DNA of 64,000 bases from Flavobacteriales bacterium (GTDB lineage Bacteria > Bacteroidota > Bacteroidia > Flavobacteriales > TMED113). Positions 60,884-64,000 of this stretch are shown piece after piece. The stretch lies in NCBI GenBank assembly GCA_002718035.1, contig PBCX01000004.1, positions 49,441 through 113,440 on the forward strand, written 5' to 3'. Both the position numbers and the translations under genes were made by a program. The notes under the pieces are model-generated. The model was not told the DNA's origin. It was given only the letters and a program-made list of their open reading frames with translations, and searched no databases. The first letter of the stretch is position 1, and every line of letters begins with the position of its first letter.

Positions 60884-61700
60884 TAATGATCTTGTTAAGT
60901 TCTCTTTCGGATTGAAAATTTATTTGTAATTTACCAGAACCATTTTTAAATCCCTTTATTTTAATCTTCATATCTAGAATTTTTTCTAGTTTTTTTTCAG
61001 ACTCTTTAAAAAACTTTGTTTCATATAGACTATGTTTTTTTTCTTTATGATTTTTCTTGATTAAATTTTCTGTTTCTCGTACTGATAAATTTTTTGAAAT
61101 AATAAAATTATAATAATCTAATTGTTTTTCTTTATCTGTAATAGTTAAAAGACATTTTGCGTGTCCAACAGTTAACATGAAGTCTCTTAAACCAGCTTGA
61201 ATAATTGGATGAAGATTTAATAATCTCAAAAAATGGTTAATTGTTGATCTTTTTTTTCCAATTTTTTCTGCAAGTTTTTCTTGAGTTAGTTTTAATTCAT
61301 CTATTAACTTTTGATAAGAGATTCCTATTTCAATTGGATCTAAATCTTGACGTTGTATATTTTCAATTAATGCAAGCTCAAGCATTTTATCATCTTCAGT
61401 TTCTTTAATATATACAGGTATTTTATTAATAGAGGCTAATTTACAAGCCCTAAATCTTCTTTCCCCTGAAATAATTTGATATTTATTTTCTTTAGTTTTT
61501 CTTACAGTTATTGGTTGAATAACACCATACTCAGAAATAGATTTTGCTAGTTCTTTTAGTTCTGAATTACTAAAATTTGTCCTCGGTTGATGTGGGTTTG
61601 TTGAAATTATATTTATATCAATATATGCAAATGAATTAGACTTAATTTTAGAAAATAGCGCATTGACTCCTCTTCCTAATGGTGATTTTTTTTCTATCAT
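60867..61700 (-). CDS. parB: chromosome partitioning protein ParB (Spo0J)
   Basis: 277 aa with PLGRG, NPHQPR, GVIQPITVR and the ParB box ISGERRFRA. Confidence 0.93.
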   Translation of the reverse strand: MIEKKSPLGRGVNALFSKIKSNSFAYIDINIISTNPHQPRTNFSNSELKELAKSISEYGVIQPITVRKTKENKYQIISGERRFRACKLASINKIPVYIKETEDDKMLELALIENIQRQDLDPIEIGISYQKLIDELKLTQEKLAEKIGKKRSTINHFLRLLNLHPIIQAGLRDFMLTVGHAKCLLTITDKEKQLDYYNFIISKNLSVRETENLIKKNHKEKKHSLYETKFFKESEKKLEKILDMKIKIKGFKNGSGKLQINFQSERELNKIINVFEN

Positions 61701-61701
61701 T

Positions 61702-62502
61702 TTATTCTTCTAAATTTTTATTTAAAATCCGTGAACTTTTTTCTAAAAACTCTTTTGCTAAATTTAAATAGTTAATAGCTCCTCTACTAGTCGCATCATA
61801 TTTTATTATAGATTTACAATGGCCAGTCGCTTCACTTAAACGCACATTTCTTTGAATAATTGTATCATAAACCATATCAGGAAAGTGTAACTTAACTTGT
61901 TCTATGACTAGGTTTGAAAGTTTTAACCTTGAGTCATACATTGTCAGAAGTAAGCCTTCAATGTCTAATTTTGAATTGTGTAGTTCTTGAACTTTTCTAA
62001 TGGTACTTAATAACTTGCCCAAACCTTCTAAAGCAAAATATTCACATTGAATGGGTATAATAACAGATTGGGCGGCTGTAAGGCAATTAAGAGTGATTAA
62101 TCCTAATGATGGTGGGCAGTCAATAAAAATATAATCATAACTTTCTTTTATTGGCTTTAGAGCCTCATTTAGCATTTTTTCTCTATTTTCTTTATCAACC
62201 AACTCAATTTCTACACCAACTAAATCAATACTTGAAGGAATTATTTCAAGATTTGGAGATGTTGTTTCAATGATAAGTTCAGATGCGTTTATTGTTTGAT
62301 CAATTAATTGATATGTTCCGGTTAAGTTACTAGAGTCCAAAACAAGTGAAGAAGTTGCGTTTGCCTGTGGGTCAGCATCGATTAATAGAATTTTTTTCTC
62401 TAAAACACCTAAACAAGCTGCAAGATTAATTGCTGTAGTTGTCTTTCCTACACCCCCTTTTTGATTTGCAATTGCCACTATTTTGCCCATAACTTTAGTC
62501 AC
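61702..62502 (-). CDS. parA: chromosome partitioning ATPase ParA (Soj)
   Basis: 266 aa with the deviant Walker A motif [11 protein letters not shown], plus DADPQANAT and IDCPPSLG. Confidence 0.94.
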   Translation of the reverse strand: MTKVMGKIVAIANQKGGVGKTTTAINLAACLGVLEKKILLIDADPQANATSSLVLDSSNLTGTYQLIDQTINASELIIETTSPNLEIIPSSIDLVGVEIELVDKENREKMLNEALKPIKESYDYIFIDCPPSLGLITLNCLTAAQSVIIPIQCEYFALEGLGKLLSTIRKVQELHNSKLDIEGLLLTMYDSRLKLSNLVIEQVKLHFPDMVYDTIIQRNVRLSEATGHCKSIIKYDATSRGAINYLNLAKEFLEKSSRILNKNLEE

Positions 62503-62636
62503 TAATTTAATTTTAGAAAGTACAAACTTTTTTAATAATTCAACAAAAAATTAAATTTAATTTATTAACACATTGTTAATTGCCTTTGATTAATTTAATG
62601 TTTTTTTCATATATTAAATTTATATTTATAGAATTC

Positions 62637-63050
62637 ATGAACGAATTAATTGAAAACTCTCATCTTTTATCTTTTCCTTTATTCTGTGTTTTTGTTTATT
62701 TTTTTATTTTGTTTTTTCAATCAAGTGTCGATAAAATACTTAATTGGAATTCAGAACTAGAATGGATAAAGTCTCATTTCGGAAAATCAATTTTCAAGTC
62801 TAATATCTTATTACTATTTTTTACTCTTACCCTTTTAGAGTTAGCTACAGCAATTCTTTGTTTATTATCAATATTTAATTTTTTCATTAAGATTTACGAC
62901 CCTTTGCCTTTTTTTGCTCTTTTTTTTAATTCATGTACTTTAATTTGTCTTTTTTTAGGGCAAAGAGTTGCTAAGGATTACCAAGGTGCAGTTTCAATTT
63001 CAGTATATTTTATAATTAATTTAATTGGATTTTTTTTATTATCTATATAA
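62637..63050 (+). CDS. polytopic membrane protein, function unknown
   Basis: I place the start at the ATG giving MNELIEN. About 4 hydrophobic segments follow. The ORF track begins at an upstream TTG (62580). The family is uncertain. Confidence 0.5.
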   Translation: MNELIENSHLLSFPLFCVFVYFFILFFQSSVDKILNWNSELEWIKSHFGKSIFKSNILLLFFTLTLLELATAILCLLSIFNFFIKIYDPLPFFALFFNSCTLICLFLGQRVAKDYQGAVSISVYFIINLIGFFLLSI

Positions 63051-64000
63051 TTATTTATTTTTCTTTTTTCTGAAATTGAATAAGTTATTTTCTTTAATCA
63101 AATTATCTACATAATTAGGAACCATTTCTTCCCAACCATGTTTATTATTTCTTATCATGTGTAATACTTTGTGGGAAAAAACACTTAAAACCTTTTGGTC
63201 ATAGCTCTCAATATCAATGATTCTTTTATTTGAAATATAGTAATCATAAATTTTTTTGATCTTTTTACTGATTTTAATATTTTTTGAATTTGTTAATTCA
63301 CTATTTTTACATTCCTTATATGGATAAACATAAACTTTAGAGTCATTATTAAACATTTTACCAATTCCTTCTAAAATTCCACCTTCAAGGTGATCATAGT
63401 ATTTTTGATCAAAAATATCTTTAAGATTCATGATTCCTAAAATTATACCCATTCTTTTATCTGTAAATCTTGAAAAATAATTCATTAATTTATAATATCT
63501 TCCGTAATTTGAAATTAATACTGTTTGACCGATTGAACAAAGTACATCAACTCTATCTAAAAAATCTTGATCCTTTATCGCTTTAACATTTATATTTTCT
63601 ATGTTATTGTTTTTGTTAATAGGTTCTCTTTTTTTAGTTGCTAAATTATTTAATGTTATTTCAAATAATACTTGTAAATCTTTTTCTAAAACTTTTTTTT
63701 CTTTTTTAAATAAGTTGTAACCAGTTTTTATCATGTCAATATTAACCTTAGTGACAGGTCTGAAACTTCCCCTAATAGCCAAAATATTTTTTTTATGTAA
63801 AATATCTGAAGGTTGTAGACTGTTACCTTCAGGGCTAAAAATAACAGCTTCTGTCATCCTGTTTTTTACGAGAAATAAACTTAGAAGTCTATTGTCGAAG
63901 TGTTTAAATAATTTGCCATTCATCTGAACCATATCAATTTCTAATTGTGCTTTTGACAAACTATCATATAATGAATGTATAATTTTTTTTGGTGATTGAT
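63051..64000 (-). CDS. conserved hypothetical protein, 5'-truncated by the window edge
   Basis: The frame stays open upstream of the TTG chosen by the ORF track, all the way to position 64000 (...QSPKKIIHSLYDSLSKAQLEIDMVQMNG...). The gene therefore starts outside the window. I do not recognise the family with confidence. Confidence 0.6.
   Translation of the reverse strand, partial: QSPKKIIHSLYDSLSKAQLEIDMVQMNGKLFKHFDNRLLSLFLVKNRMTEAVIFSPEGNSLQPSDILHKKNILAIRGSFRPVTKVNIDMIKTGYNLFKKEKKVLEKDLQVLFEITLNNLATKKREPINKNNNIENINVKAIKDQDFLDRVDVLCSIGQTVLISNYGRYYKLMNYFSRFTDKRMGIILGIMNLKDIFDQKYYDHLEGGILEGIGKMFNNDSKVYVYPYKECKNSELTNSKNIKISKKIKKIYDYYISNKRIIDIESYDQKVLSVFSHKVLHMIRNNKHGWEEMVPNYVDNLIKENNLFNFRKKKNK

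Noticed and set aside
62564-62580. Palindrome ATTAACA-CAT-TGTTAAT, 62-78 nt upstream of parA, considered as a possible parS site or operator.
   Set aside because: It does not resemble the canonical parS (TGTTNCACGTGNAACA). Seven-bp A/T palindromes are expected by chance in DNA this AT-rich. I found no second copy.
1-64000. Window-wide look for CRISPR repeats, transposase, integrase or phage genes, toxin-antitoxin pairs, restriction-modification or other defence operons, rRNA and large non-coding RNAs.
   Set aside because: None was found. No intergenic region exceeds about 190 bp. Every long ORF has a housekeeping or common envelope or metabolic assignment. The only restriction-related hit is a stand-alone HsdR N-terminal-like domain protein that is conserved next to holA, not part of an R-M system.

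Overview
This is a visibly AT-rich, very tightly packed chromosomal core region. I did not compute GC. I estimate well over 90% is coding, with many 0-20 nt gaps or overlaps between genes. The source looks like a Flavobacteriia-type Bacteroidota genome. Supporting signs are a T9SS C-terminal sorting domain, TTTG/TAnnTTTG promoter motifs, a long Bacteroidota-type LepB, and the syntenies pyrG-yidC, surE-lpxB, thrS-infC-rpmI-rplT, rpsF-rpsR-rplI and parA-parB-DUF5683-lepB-wbqC. I call about 64 CDS and one tRNA-His(GUG). The content is mostly housekeeping. Replication and repair: dnaX, holA, recA, uvrA-like, nth. Translation: rpsF/rpsR/rplI, infC/rpmI/rplT, thrS, truA. TCA cycle: icd, acnB. Envelope: lpxB, murQ, mpl, yidC, lepB. 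Peptide uptake: a POT transporter plus DPP-IV. Also present are rho, parAB and an ECF-type sigma factor. I found no rRNA, CRISPR array, transposase, integrase, prophage or recognisable defence or toxin system. I do not think the window holds a clear novel multi-gene system. The observations most worth a second look are: (1) two long poly(A) tracts in dnaX, placed at the expected tau/gamma boundary, each with a nearby -1-frame stop; (2) a short Cys-flanked C-[TA]-[DN]-x2-A-x-N-Y module, repeated four times in a lipoprotein and present once in the periplasmic N-terminus of YidC; (3) infC, which the ORF track truncates and which appears to start at a non-AUG codon; (4) a Lys/Asn-rich insertion in Rho containing a 3 x 21-bp tandem repeat; (5) an Nth with only three C-terminal cysteines, and a UvrA-like protein lacking the first zinc-module ligands. 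All functional calls rest on my recognition of protein motifs in the supplied translations. No database search was run.
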